A DNA stretch of 64,000 nt from Paracoccaceae bacterium (lineage in GTDB: Bacteria > Pseudomonadota > Alphaproteobacteria > Rhodobacterales > Rhodobacteraceae), in assembly GCA_020832655.1 (NCBI GenBank), contig JAFIEF010000013.1, forward strand, positions 4,316 to 68,315, in the 5' to 3' direction. Positions within the stretch are counted from its first letter, which is position 1; each line of letters begins with the position of its first letter. This document shows positions 49,778 to 58,853 of the stretch, piece by piece. Position numbers and translations under genes: made by a program. The notes under the pieces are model-generated. The model had not been told where the DNA came from, ran no database searches, and worked only from the letters and a program-made list of their open reading frames with translations.

Positions 49778-51337
49778 TCAGAAATCGGTCGGTGCGCCCC
49801 CTTCGGATTTGCGCCGCGCCACGAAATCCATGAGCGCCGCGCGCCGGTCATCGGGCATGGGGGGCGGGATGAAATTATCGACAATCTGGCGATAGATGCC
49901 ATGCGCGCGGGTGATGGTGTCGATGGCGCCATCCCTCTCCCATGCTTCATAATTGCGCCAATCCGACACGAAAGGCGCGTAAAACGCGGTTTCATAACGC
50001 GCCTGCGTATGGCCCACGCCAAAGAAATGCCCGCCCGCGCCGACCTCGGCAATGGCATCCAGCGCCAGCGCATCGGGCGATGTGTCGGTCAGCACCGGGT
50101 CGCAGTAACGCTGGATCATCTGCAAGACCTCGCAATCCATGACGAATTTTTCGGGGCTTGCGATCAGCCCGCCTTCCAGCCAGCCGGCCGCGTGATAGAC
50201 AAGGTTCGACCCTGACTGCACCGCCGCCCACAGGCTGTTGCAGGTCTCCCACATGGCTTGCGCATCGGGGATATTGGCGGTGCAGACACCTGACGACCGC
50301 AGGGGCAGCCCGTAGCGGCGCGCAAGCTGGCCGGTCATCTGCGTCGCGCGCATATATTCGGGCGTGCCAAAGGCCGGCGCGCCCGAGCGCATATCGACAT
50401 TCGAGGTGAAAGTCCCAATCGCCACCGGCGCGCCGGGGGCGGCATATTGCAGCAGCGCAATCGCGCAGAGCGATTCCGCGATGGATTGCGCCACGGCACC
50501 GGCCAGCGTCACCGGGGCCATGGCACCGGCCAGCGTAAACGGCGTCACCACCACCGGCTGGCCCCGCCGCGCCATGCGCAGCGCGCCATCGATCATGGGG
50601 AAGTCATGGCGCAGCGGCGAGACCGAGTTGATATTGGTATACATGCGCGGGGCGGCGTCGAATTCGGCGTGGGTCAGCCCCGCTGCCAGCCGCACCATCT
50701 CCATCGCATCCTCGACCCGTTCGCGTCCAAGGCAATAGCAATGCACCACCTTGTCGGTCAGGATCAGCTTTTCGGCAATGCAATCGAGATGGCGGATGCC
50801 GGGATGAACATCCACCGGCTCCACCGGATAGCCGCCCGCGACATGGATGCAGTTGAACGCCTGCGTCAGCATCATGAATTCGCGGAAGGTGGCGAAATCG
50901 CCCGTCCGCTTGCCGCGGATCATGTCCCAGCTGGAGGGCGGCGAGGAGACATTGACAAAGGCGAGAGAGTTGCCGCCGACAGGCACCGCGCGCGCGGGGT
51001 TGCGCGGGGTGATGGTGAAGGGGCCGGGGGCGCGGGCGAGCATCGCCTCGACGAAATCGCCATCCATGCGCACATTCTGGCCAGTGACGATGCAGCCCGC
51101 CTGCCTGAACAGCGCGAGCGCGTCATCATGCAGGAATTCGACCCCGATTTCGGCCAGGATATGCAGCGCGGCCCTGTGAATGGCCTCGACCCCTTCGGGG
51201 GGCAGGGGTTCGGTGGGGCGGTCGGGGTTGCGGGGCACCTGCCAGTGCATCTGGTCCAGCCGGAAGCTTTCGGTACGCCGCGCATTGCCGCCCCGCCCGC
51301 CAGAGCGCCGCCGCCGCGCTTGGGTGTCACCTGCCAT
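49778..51337 (-). CDS. Trimethylamine methyltransferase (MttB) family, non-pyrrolysine type
   Basis: NSVSPL, PFTLAGAMAP, HAAGWLEGG, GGHFFG; no in-frame amber codon. Confidence 0.92.
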   Translation of the reverse strand: MAGDTQARRRRSGGRGGNARRTESFRLDQMHWQVPRNPDRPTEPLPPEGVEAIHRAALHILAEIGVEFLHDDALALFRQAGCIVTGQNVRMDGDFVEAMLARAPGPFTITPRNPARAVPVGGNSLAFVNVSSPPSSWDMIRGKRTGDFATFREFMMLTQAFNCIHVAGGYPVEPVDVHPGIRHLDCIAEKLILTDKVVHCYCLGRERVEDAMEMVRLAAGLTHAEFDAAPRMYTNINSVSPLRHDFPMIDGALRMARRGQPVVVTPFTLAGAMAPVTLAGAVAQSIAESLCAIALLQYAAPGAPVAIGTFTSNVDMRSGAPAFGTPEYMRATQMTGQLARRYGLPLRSSGVCTANIPDAQAMWETCNSLWAAVQSGSNLVYHAAGWLEGGLIASPEKFVMDCEVLQMIQRYCDPVLTDTSPDALALDAIAEVGAGGHFFGVGHTQARYETAFYAPFVSDWRNYEAWERDGAIDTITRAHGIYRQIVDNFIPPPMPDDRRAALMDFVARRKSEGGAPTDF

Positions 51338-51618
51338 GCCGGCCCTCCATGCCTCTGTCCGCGCGGGGTCGAGGCTAGAGGGCTCAGGGGGCCGCCGACA
51401 AGCGGAGTGTTGTCAGCAGGGATGTGGTGTTGGGGGAACGGGGGGAAGGGGACGATAGAGCCCACAGCGGACGGACGAGCTAAGCTCGCATTGACGGCGG
51501 CGACAGGCCATCAATTGTACCCATAGGAGGAGTGTTTTCCGAAGTTTCCTTGAAACCAATCGCGAAAAAACTGCCCTTCGAAAACGTAACTTTACGCTTT
51601 GACAGATGCGAGTGAGCA

Positions 51619-52056
51619 CTATCTGACAACAAATTGGAGTTTGCGAAGACAGGCTGCGGTTTCTTGAGTAAGATTGATAATTTCCCTGTCGCCACGTTCC
51701 CGTTCCAAGAGGTCTTCAAACAGAAATGTGCGGTGCATGGAAAACCGAACCAAATCCGTAATAAGATCACTGGAAGGGTTGCTGCTATGTGATAACAGAT
51801 CAGTTTCATGTAATACGTGGCGCGCGACTTCCCCGTTAAGCACACGCACCTCATCAATCATGCCCGGAGCGGCATTTGTTACTCGACCACCAAAACGATC
51901 GACAGCGCGAATATATTGGTTAAACCAACCAAGGCATTGAACATACTCCATATAGGAGAGAGATTGAGCGTTTGACGCAGTCGACGTGGAAATCGTCAGG
52001 CAGATAGCCCAGAGTGTGCGCAATAATGCCTTATCCACCACTGCCTCACTTAACAA
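51619..52056 (-). CDS. Hypothetical exported protein (two Cys); start may be GTG 52038
   Basis: Signal-peptide-like LLRTLWAICLTISTSTASNA|Q; GAGG just upstream of GTG 52038. Confidence 0.55.
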   Translation of the reverse strand: MLSEAVVDKALLRTLWAICLTISTSTASNAQSLSYMEYVQCLGWFNQYIRAVDRFGGRVTNAAPGMIDEVRVLNGEVARHVLHETDLLSHSSNPSSDLITDLVRFSMHRTFLFEDLLERERGDREIINLTQETAACLRKLQFVVR

Positions 52057-52071
52057 TATTTCAAATTGTGA

Positions 52072-52311
52072 TCAACGTGGCGCGAGATCGGGTTCACCGT
52101 GGAATATCCATGCCGGGCATGAGGAATATGGAGACCTTGCATCAATAAGCTCCACTGGACTGGCTGCTGGCTGAGTTCCTTTAGGTGCCTTGCAGCGTGC
52201 CCTCTGCTGCACAATGATTCGAAAAAAACCATCCGGGTAACGTCTATCGGACCAGCGCCAAGTCGCGTACTGGCAGTTCCGGCAACTGGAAGGAGGATAC
52301 TTCGACGCCAT
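52072..52311 (-). CDS. Small Cys4 hypothetical protein (79 aa)
   Basis: CRNC...C...CPAW; AGGA upstream of the ATG; tandem with the exported ORF. Confidence 0.45.
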   Translation of the reverse strand: MASKYPPSSCRNCQYATWRWSDRRYPDGFFRIIVQQRARCKAPKGTQPAASPVELIDARSPYSSCPAWIFHGEPDLAPR

Positions 52312-52490
52312 TTTGAATTTATCCTAAATTTCGCTCTCGCACCGAACAATTCATGCGGATTACATAAGTGACGTCCCTTAACAAGGCTGGTGGCCATGAT
52401 TACTGAAATCCCCGATGTGGATCAAGTACTGGTTTTCCCACGCCAAGGCTGACTGTCCGCAAGGTCCCGCAAAGCCGCCACGCGCGCCCC

Positions 52491-53327
52491 TCACCCCGCC
52501 CTTAACCCCCTGACCCACTCCGCCGCCTCATGGGCGTGGACCTCTGCCGCGCGGATATGGCCGTCAAAGCCCTGGGCCAGGTCGCGGATCAGGGGTTTGG
52601 CGCGGATCAGCAGATAGACCTCGCCCGCATAGACCGCCGCGCGGGTATAGCCAAACAGCGTCATCGGCGGGGCAAAACGCTTGCGCCCGTCGAACAGATA
52701 CATGCGAAAGGCGGGGTAAAGCTCGTCCACCATCTGCGCGATATGGTCGATCTGGCGCTGGCGCGCCGCCGCCCCCAGCCCCGCCCAATGCCCCGCGCCT
52801 TGGGCAAAGACCTGAAAGCTTTGCAGCGGCATGCACATTTCGATATCGGCCTCTGGTGCGCGCGACACTTGCAACCGCGCGCGCGTCTGGGCCTGCAGCC
52901 GCCGCCTTTCCTGATCGGAGCTTTGCGCCTGAAAGGCAATGATTTCGGGCGTGCGCATCAGATCGGGCAGCAAAGCGGGCACATAGCGGATTTTCTGCCC
53001 CGTGGCCTCTGCATGCCAGCGTTCCATCGCGGTGCGGCTGTGTTCATCGAGCGCGGCCTCGGTCTCTACCGCGTCGAGTGTCTGGGTAACGGTGCCTGCA
53101 TCCTCTGACAGCCCCAGCAGCCAATCGACCGAGACCTGAAACTGCGCCGCTATCGCCAGCAGGGTTTCGGCGCGCGGCAGGCGCGGGTCGGGGCCGGTCA
53201 GCAATTGCGACAGCGCCGAGCGGTCGATCGAGATCGCTGCCGCAAAGGCCGATTGCGTCTTGCCCGATTGCGCCAGCACCTGCGCCAGCCGCGCCCGAAA
53301 CAGCGCCGAGGCTTCGCGTTTGTTCAT
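52491..53327 (-). CDS. XRE-family HTH transcriptional regulator with a large C-terminal domain
   Basis: N-terminal QSAFAAAISIDRSALSQLL...VSVDWLLGL HTH; divergent from the desaturase operon. Confidence 0.88.
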   Translation of the reverse strand: MNKREASALFRARLAQVLAQSGKTQSAFAAAISIDRSALSQLLTGPDPRLPRAETLLAIAAQFQVSVDWLLGLSEDAGTVTQTLDAVETEAALDEHSRTAMERWHAEATGQKIRYVPALLPDLMRTPEIIAFQAQSSDQERRRLQAQTRARLQVSRAPEADIEMCMPLQSFQVFAQGAGHWAGLGAAARQRQIDHIAQMVDELYPAFRMYLFDGRKRFAPPMTLFGYTRAAVYAGEVYLLIRAKPLIRDLAQGFDGHIRAAEVHAHEAAEWVRGLRAG

Positions 53328-53446
53328 CGCCCTGTCCCTGCATACATGTTTCCTGAAGTAAGCATATTTTACCAAAGCCTGCAAATGTTATGAATACTGG
53401 GTAGAACACTCGCATTGCCCGAGCACGGGGTTGGCGGCACTCTTGG

Positions 53447-54430
53447 GTGCATGGGAACAGGGGGGCCGCATTGACGCGCATCGAATGGCCGACATTGGCG
53501 CTGATCATCGCCTGCTATGGTGTGTGGGGCGCGGCAGGGTTGTGGCTGTGGCCCATGCTGCCGGCGCTGGCGCTGGGGGGGATGGCGCTGGCCGCAGCGC
53601 TGCATTCCTCGCTGGTGCATGAATGCCTGCATGGCCACCCGACGCGCCATCGCCGCATCAATGAAGCGCTGGTCGCGCTGCCCTTGTCGCTGATCTATCC
53701 TTACCGGCGCTACCGCGCCACGCATCTGGCCCATCACCATGATGCACGGCTGACCGACCCCATCGAAGACCCCGAAAGCTATTACAAGGCGCGCTGGGCG
53801 CATGCGCGCATGCCGCGCTGGCTGCAAAAGCTGCTGGTGGTCAATAACAGCATGATCGGGCGGGTGGTGCTGGGTCCGGTTCTGGGCGCTGCGGGGTTTC
53901 TGGCGCAGGAGGGGCGGTTGCTTCGCGCAGATGCGCGCGGTGTGCGCCGGGCCTGGGCGTTGCATCTGGCGGGGGTGGGGCCGGTCATCGCGCTGCTCTG
54001 GGCATGGGGGATACCGCTGTGGCTTTATGTGCTGGCCGTGGTCTGGCCCGCGCTGGCGCTGATTTCGATCCGCACTTTCGCCGAGCATCGCTGGCATGAC
54101 GCGCCAGAGGGGCGCACCATCATTGTCGAGCGCTCGCCCCTGTCCTGGCTGTTTCTTCACAACAACCTGCATATCGTGCATCACCAGATGCCGGGGGTGC
54201 CCTGGTATGATCTGCCCCGCCTTTATGCCGGGAAACGCGAGTACTGGCGGGCGCTCAATCACGGCTATGTCTATCGCAATTACTGGCAGCTTTTCCGCGC
54301 CCATGCGCTGCGCCCCAAGGAGCCGGTGGTCCATCCGGTGCTGCACAACATGCCATCACCTGGCGACACCCGGCCGCCAGACACCCCTTGCGATCCGCCC
54401 CCCGCCCCCGTCAACAGGCAGCCAGCATGA
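53447..54430 (+). CDS. Fatty acid desaturase-family di-iron membrane protein
   Basis: His boxes HECLHGH, HLAHHH, EH and HIVHH; TM segments. Confidence 0.9.
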   Translation: MHGNRGAALTRIEWPTLALIIACYGVWGAAGLWLWPMLPALALGGMALAAALHSSLVHECLHGHPTRHRRINEALVALPLSLIYPYRRYRATHLAHHHDARLTDPIEDPESYYKARWAHARMPRWLQKLLVVNNSMIGRVVLGPVLGAAGFLAQEGRLLRADARGVRRAWALHLAGVGPVIALLWAWGIPLWLYVLAVVWPALALISIRTFAEHRWHDAPEGRTIIVERSPLSWLFLHNNLHIVHHQMPGVPWYDLPRLYAGKREYWRALNHGYVYRNYWQLFRAHALRPKEPVVHPVLHNMPSPGDTRPPDTPCDPPPAPVNRQPA

Positions 54431-55137
54431 GCGCGCTTGCGACATTGCCAATGTATGACTGGCCCGAGGCGCGCGCGCCCCTTGCCGCCTTTTACGCAAA
54501 ACTGCGCGCGCTGGTGCCCGAACTGCCCCGCCACCTGACCCGCCCCGAAACCGAGGCAGGGCTGCACGCGCTCTGGCGCGACCCGGCGTTGCTGCTGGGG
54601 CAAGCCTGCTGGGGGCCGATGCAGGCCGGGCTTGCGGCCCGTGTCCATGTTCTGGCCCAGCCGCTCTATGATGATGTGCCGGGGGGGTGCGGCATCCATT
54701 ACCGCTCTGCGCTAGTCATGCGCGATGGCACGCCCTGCCCTGTGCCCGACCATGAAGGGGCCGCGCTGCCTGACGCGCTGGCGGGGCTGCGCGTGGCGAT
54801 CAACGCGCCTGTCTCGATGTCGGGCAGCCTCGCTTTGGCGCAGGATAAGGGCGCGGGCATAGTCGCGCCGCTGATCACCGGCAGTCACCGCGCCTCGATC
54901 CGTGCCGTGGCCGAAGGGCGTGCAGATCTGGCCGCGATTGACTGCCGGTCCTGGGCGCTGGCGCTGGCGCATGAACCCGCCGCGCGCGCCCTTCGCGTTG
55001 TGGGCTGGACCGCGCGCCGCATTGGCCTGCCCTATATCACTGCGCGCAGCACGCCGGTTGCGCTGCGGCGCAAACTTGCCGCTGCGCTGGCGCGGCTTGG
55101 CGCGCAGCCCCACCCAGAATTGCAGGAGATCCCATGA
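54427..55137 (+). CDS. PhnD/SsuA-fold binding protein lacking a signal peptide
   Basis: LPMYD, YRSALV, SMSG, TGSHRAS, ADLAAID, PYIT motifs; 4-nt overlaps on both sides. Confidence 0.75.
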   Translation: MSALATLPMYDWPEARAPLAAFYAKLRALVPELPRHLTRPETEAGLHALWRDPALLLGQACWGPMQAGLAARVHVLAQPLYDDVPGGCGIHYRSALVMRDGTPCPVPDHEGAALPDALAGLRVAINAPVSMSGSLALAQDKGAGIVAPLITGSHRASIRAVAEGRADLAAIDCRSWALALAHEPAARALRVVGWTARRIGLPYITARSTPVALRRKLAAALARLGAQPHPELQEIP

Positions 55138-57680
55138 CCCAGACCTATCGCGCCATTGTCATCGGCGGCGGCGTTGTCGGCTGTTCGGTGCTCTATCATC
55201 TGGCCAAGGCCGGCTGGAGCGATGTGTTGCTGATCGAACGCTCTGAACTCACCTCCGGTTCCACCTGGCACGCGGCGGGCGGGTTTCACACCCTCAATGG
55301 CGACCCGAATGTGGCGCGGCTGCAAGCCTATACAATCTCGCTTTACGAAGAACTCGAACAGATGACCGGCCAGTCCTGCGGGCTGCATCTGGTGGGCGGC
55401 GTGCAGATGGCCGACAGCCCCGAGCGGCTGGATTTCCTGCGCATGGCCCATGCGCGCGGGCGCTACCTGGGCATGGAGACAGAGATCATCACCCCCCTGG
55501 AGGCCAAGGCCATGTTCCCGCTGATGGACGCATCGCATTTCGTCGGCGCGCTGTGGGATCCGGTTGAAGGCCATCTTGACCCGTCGGGCACAACCCACGC
55601 CTATGCCAAGGCCGCGCGTATGCTGGGCGCAAAGATCGAATTGCGCAACCCGGTGAAGGAACTGACGCAAGACGCGGATGGCACATGGAATGTCATCACC
55701 GAAAACGGCACCTACCGGGCCGAACATGTGGTCAATGCCGCGGGGCTTTGGGCGCGCGAAGTCGGGCGCATGGTCGGGCTGGAACTGCCGGTTCTGGCGA
55801 TGGAGCATATGTATCTTCTGACCGAAGCAATGCCCGAGGTGATCGACTTCAACGAAAGCATGGGGCGCGAGCTGATCCATGTGATCGACTTCAAGGGAGA
55901 GATCTATACAAGGCAGGAAGGCAAGGGCATCCTGCTGGGCACTTATGAAAAAGCCTGCAAGCCCTGGTCGCCCGTCACCACGCCCTGGGATTTCGGCCAT
56001 GAATTGTTGCAGCCAGATATCGACCGCCTTGCGCCCTCGCTGGAAGTGGGGTTTCGCCATTTCCCGCCCTATGAGAACGCGGGCATCAAGCAGATCATCA
56101 ATGGCCCCTTCACCTTTGCGCCTGACGGCAACCCGCTGGTCGGCCCGGTGCAGGGCTTGACGAATTACTGGTCGGCCTGCGCGGTGATGGCGGGGTTCAG
56201 CCAGGGCGGCGGGGTCGGGCTGGTGCTCGCGAACTGGATGACTACGGGCGATCCCGGCCATGATGTGTTCGGCATGGATGTGGCGCGCTATGGCGACTGG
56301 GCCAGCTTGCGCTATACCAACGCGAAAGTGCGCGAAAACTATTCGCGCCGCTTCTCCATCCGATTCCCGAACGAAGAACTCCCTGCCGCGCGCCCGCATC
56401 TGACAACGCCGCTTTATGATGTGATGACGCGCGACAATCATGCCGTGATGGGCGATAGCTGGGGGCTGGAGACACCCTTGTGGTTTGCCCCCTCGGCGGA
56501 TGCGGCGCATGACGTTCTGTCCTTCCACCGCTCGAATGATTTCGAACATGTCGGCGCTGAAGTGCGCGCCGTGCGCGACAGCGTGGGCGTGACCGAAATC
56601 GCCAATTTCGCGAAATATGAAGTCACAGGGCCGGGCGCGGAAGCCTTCCTTGATAGGCTGATGACCAACAAGCTGCCGAAACTCGGGCGCATCGTGCTGA
56701 CACCCATGCTCAACCCGAAAGGCAAGCTCATCGGCGATTTCACCATCGCCCGCGCCGGGCTTGATCGCTTCATGATCTGGGGGTCACTGGCGGCGACGAA
56801 ATACCATATGCGCTGGTTTGGAAAACACCTGCCGCAAGATGGCAGCGCCCAGATGCGCGCGGTGGGGCTGGGGCTGGTGGGCCTGTCCATTGCAGGCCCG
56901 AAATCGCGCGAAACCCTTGCCGCGCTGGTCGATGAGGATGTCTCGAATGCGGCCTTCCGCTTCATGGATTTCCGCGAAATGGATGTCGCGGGCGCGCCCT
57001 GTATGGTCAACCGCATCACCTATACCGGCGATCTGGGCTATGAAATCTGGATGTCCCCCGAATACCAGCGCCGCGTCTATGCCGCGATCAAACAGGCCGG
57101 GGCCGCGCATGACATCCGCGATTTCGGCATGCGCGCGCTTCTGTCGATGCGGTTTGAAAAGAACTTCCCCACATGGTTTGCCGAGCTGCGCCCCATCTAT
57201 GGCCCGATGGAAGGGGCGATGGAACGCTTTGTCGCCTATGACAAGCCCGGCTTCATTGGCCGCGAGGCTGCGCTGGCCGAACGCGACACCGGCCCCCGCC
57301 TGCGCCGGGTGTCGCTGATCATCGAGGCAGGCACCGCCGATGCCATCGCCGATGAACCGATCTGGGCGCGCATCCGCGATGATCATGGCACCATCACAGC
57401 GCCCCACAGCTATGGCCCCGCGCGGTTTGATGCGCAGGGTAATGCGCTTGCCACCCCGCACCCCTCAATAGATGGCGCGTGGCGGGTTGTGGGCTGGGTC
57501 ACATCGGGCGGCTATGGCCATCATGTCGGCCTGTCACTGGCGCAGGGCTATATTCCCGCCGCCCTGGCCACCCGCCCCGACACGGATCTGTTTGAGGTCG
57601 AGATCATGGGCAAACGCCTGCCCGCGCGCATCGCGACAGATCCTCCTTTTGACCCGCAAGGGGCGCGCATGCGAAGCTGA
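55134..57680 (+). CDS. Dimethylglycine dehydrogenase-like FAD oxidoreductase (GcvT family)
   Basis: GGGVVGCS, GSTWHAAG, NGPFTFAPDG, GFSQGGG, folate-binding GcvT domain. Confidence 0.9.
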   Translation: MTQTYRAIVIGGGVVGCSVLYHLAKAGWSDVLLIERSELTSGSTWHAAGGFHTLNGDPNVARLQAYTISLYEELEQMTGQSCGLHLVGGVQMADSPERLDFLRMAHARGRYLGMETEIITPLEAKAMFPLMDASHFVGALWDPVEGHLDPSGTTHAYAKAARMLGAKIELRNPVKELTQDADGTWNVITENGTYRAEHVVNAAGLWAREVGRMVGLELPVLAMEHMYLLTEAMPEVIDFNESMGRELIHVIDFKGEIYTRQEGKGILLGTYEKACKPWSPVTTPWDFGHELLQPDIDRLAPSLEVGFRHFPPYENAGIKQIINGPFTFAPDGNPLVGPVQGLTNYWSACAVMAGFSQGGGVGLVLANWMTTGDPGHDVFGMDVARYGDWASLRYTNAKVRENYSRRFSIRFPNEELPAARPHLTTPLYDVMTRDNHAVMGDSWGLETPLWFAPSADAAHDVLSFHRSNDFEHVGAEVRAVRDSVGVTEIANFAKYEVTGPGAEAFLDRLMTNKLPKLGRIVLTPMLNPKGKLIGDFTIARAGLDRFMIWGSLAATKYHMRWFGKHLPQDGSAQMRAVGLGLVGLSIAGPKSRETLAALVDEDVSNAAFRFMDFREMDVAGAPCMVNRITYTGDLGYEIWMSPEYQRRVYAAIKQAGAAHDIRDFGMRALLSMRFEKNFPTWFAELRPIYGPMEGAMERFVAYDKPGFIGREAALAERDTGPRLRRVSLIIEAGTADAIADEPIWARIRDDHGTITAPHSYGPARFDAQGNALATPHPSIDGAWRVVGWVTSGGYGHHVGLSLAQGYIPAALATRPDTDLFEVEIMGKRLPARIATDPPFDPQGARMRS

Positions 57681-57749
57681 TTTCATCTTGCAAGAAATAC
57701 TCTCGCCGAAGGCAGTGGGCCGCAAGGCCCGCCACCCCATCAGATGAAG
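57681..57749. repeat. Possible degenerate REP-like intergenic element
   Basis: ttcatct...agatgaa inverted ends and an internal TCATCTTGCAAGAAATACTCTCGCCGAAGGCA segment resembling by eye the Rhodobacteraceae intergenic repeats. Confidence 0.35.
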
Positions 57750-57758
57750 GGCCACCCG

Positions 57759-58853
57759 ATGAAGGCAGCACTCTGCACCCGCTTCAACGCCCCGCTTGAA
57801 ATCGCCGAACTTACGCTCGCCCCGCCGCGCGCGGGCGAGGTCGAGGTCACGCTGGCGGCCTGCGCGATCTGCCATTCGGATCTGCATTTCATCGAAGGCG
57901 CATGGGGCGGCGATCTGCCTGCCGTTTATGGCCATGAGGCCGCGGGCCATGTCACCGCCCTTGGCGATGGGGTCAGCGCTTACGCGCTGGGCCAGCGCGT
58001 GCTGGTCACGCTGATCCGCGCCTGCGGCACTTGCCAGTGCTGCACCGATGGGCGGCCTGTGATCTGCGAGGATGCGGGCGACAGTTCCACCCCCCTTGCC
58101 CTGCCAAATGGCACGCCGGTCACCCAGGGCATGAAAACCGGGGCGTTTGCCGAAAAGGTGGTGGTCGATGCCAGCCAGCTTGCCCCGCTGCCGGGTGACA
58201 TGCCGCTGGATGTGGCCTGTTTGCTGGCCTGCGGGGTGATTACCGGTGTCGGCGCGGTGTTCAACACTGCCGCCATGCCCGCCGGGGCCAGCGCGGTGGT
58301 GATCGGCACCGGGGGGGTGGGGCTGAACGCCATTCAGGGCGCGCGGATTGCAGGCGCGCGGCGCATCATCGCGCTGGATGTCGCGCCGGAAAAGCTGGAT
58401 GCCGCGCGCGAGTTTGGCGCAACCGACACCGTGCTGGCCAGCGACCGGGACGCGCGCAAACAGGTGCGGCGGCTGACCGAGGGGCGCGGCGCGGATTACG
58501 TCTTTGTCACCGTGGGGGCGGTTGCGGCCTATGAACAGGCGCTGGGGCTGTGCGCGCCGGGAGGAGCCATCATCATGGCGGGAATGACCGGCAATGATGA
58601 GTATATGCGCCTCAACCCGATGATGGCGGCCTATCAGGAACAGCGCCTGATCGGCTCAAAAATGGGCGGCACCGTTCTGCGCCGCGACATCCCCCGCCTG
58701 ATCGAGCTTTACCGCCAAGGACGCCTGAAGCTCGATGAGCTGATCTCGAACCGCTATCCGTTGGAACGGATCAACGAGGCCATTGCCGACACCGCCAGGG
58801 GCGGCACAAGGCGCAATGTGATCCTGTTCGATGCCTATGAGGACCGCCCATGA
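57759..58853 (+). CDS. Zn-dependent alcohol dehydrogenase (MDR family)
   Basis: CHSD, GHEAAG, structural Cys cluster, GTGGVG. Confidence 0.92.
   Translation: MKAALCTRFNAPLEIAELTLAPPRAGEVEVTLAACAICHSDLHFIEGAWGGDLPAVYGHEAAGHVTALGDGVSAYALGQRVLVTLIRACGTCQCCTDGRPVICEDAGDSSTPLALPNGTPVTQGMKTGAFAEKVVVDASQLAPLPGDMPLDVACLLACGVITGVGAVFNTAAMPAGASAVVIGTGGVGLNAIQGARIAGARRIIALDVAPEKLDAAREFGATDTVLASDRDARKQVRRLTEGRGADYVFVTVGAVAAYEQALGLCAPGGAIIMAGMTGNDEYMRLNPMMAAYQEQRLIGSKMGGTVLRRDIPRLIELYRQGRLKLDELISNRYPLERINEAIADTARGGTRRNVILFDAYEDRP

Larger units (their letters stand above)
51480..52440. other. Low-GC insert (about 1 kb), horizontally acquired or degenerate
   Basis: Sampled 60-nt rows give 40%, 45% and 55% GC, visibly below the GC-rich flanks; no recognisable mobility gene. 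Confidence 0.8.

Noticed and set aside
51480-51857. 125-aa minus-strand ORF in the low-GC insert
   Set aside because: Overlaps the better-supported signal-peptide ORF in another frame and has no plausible protein features
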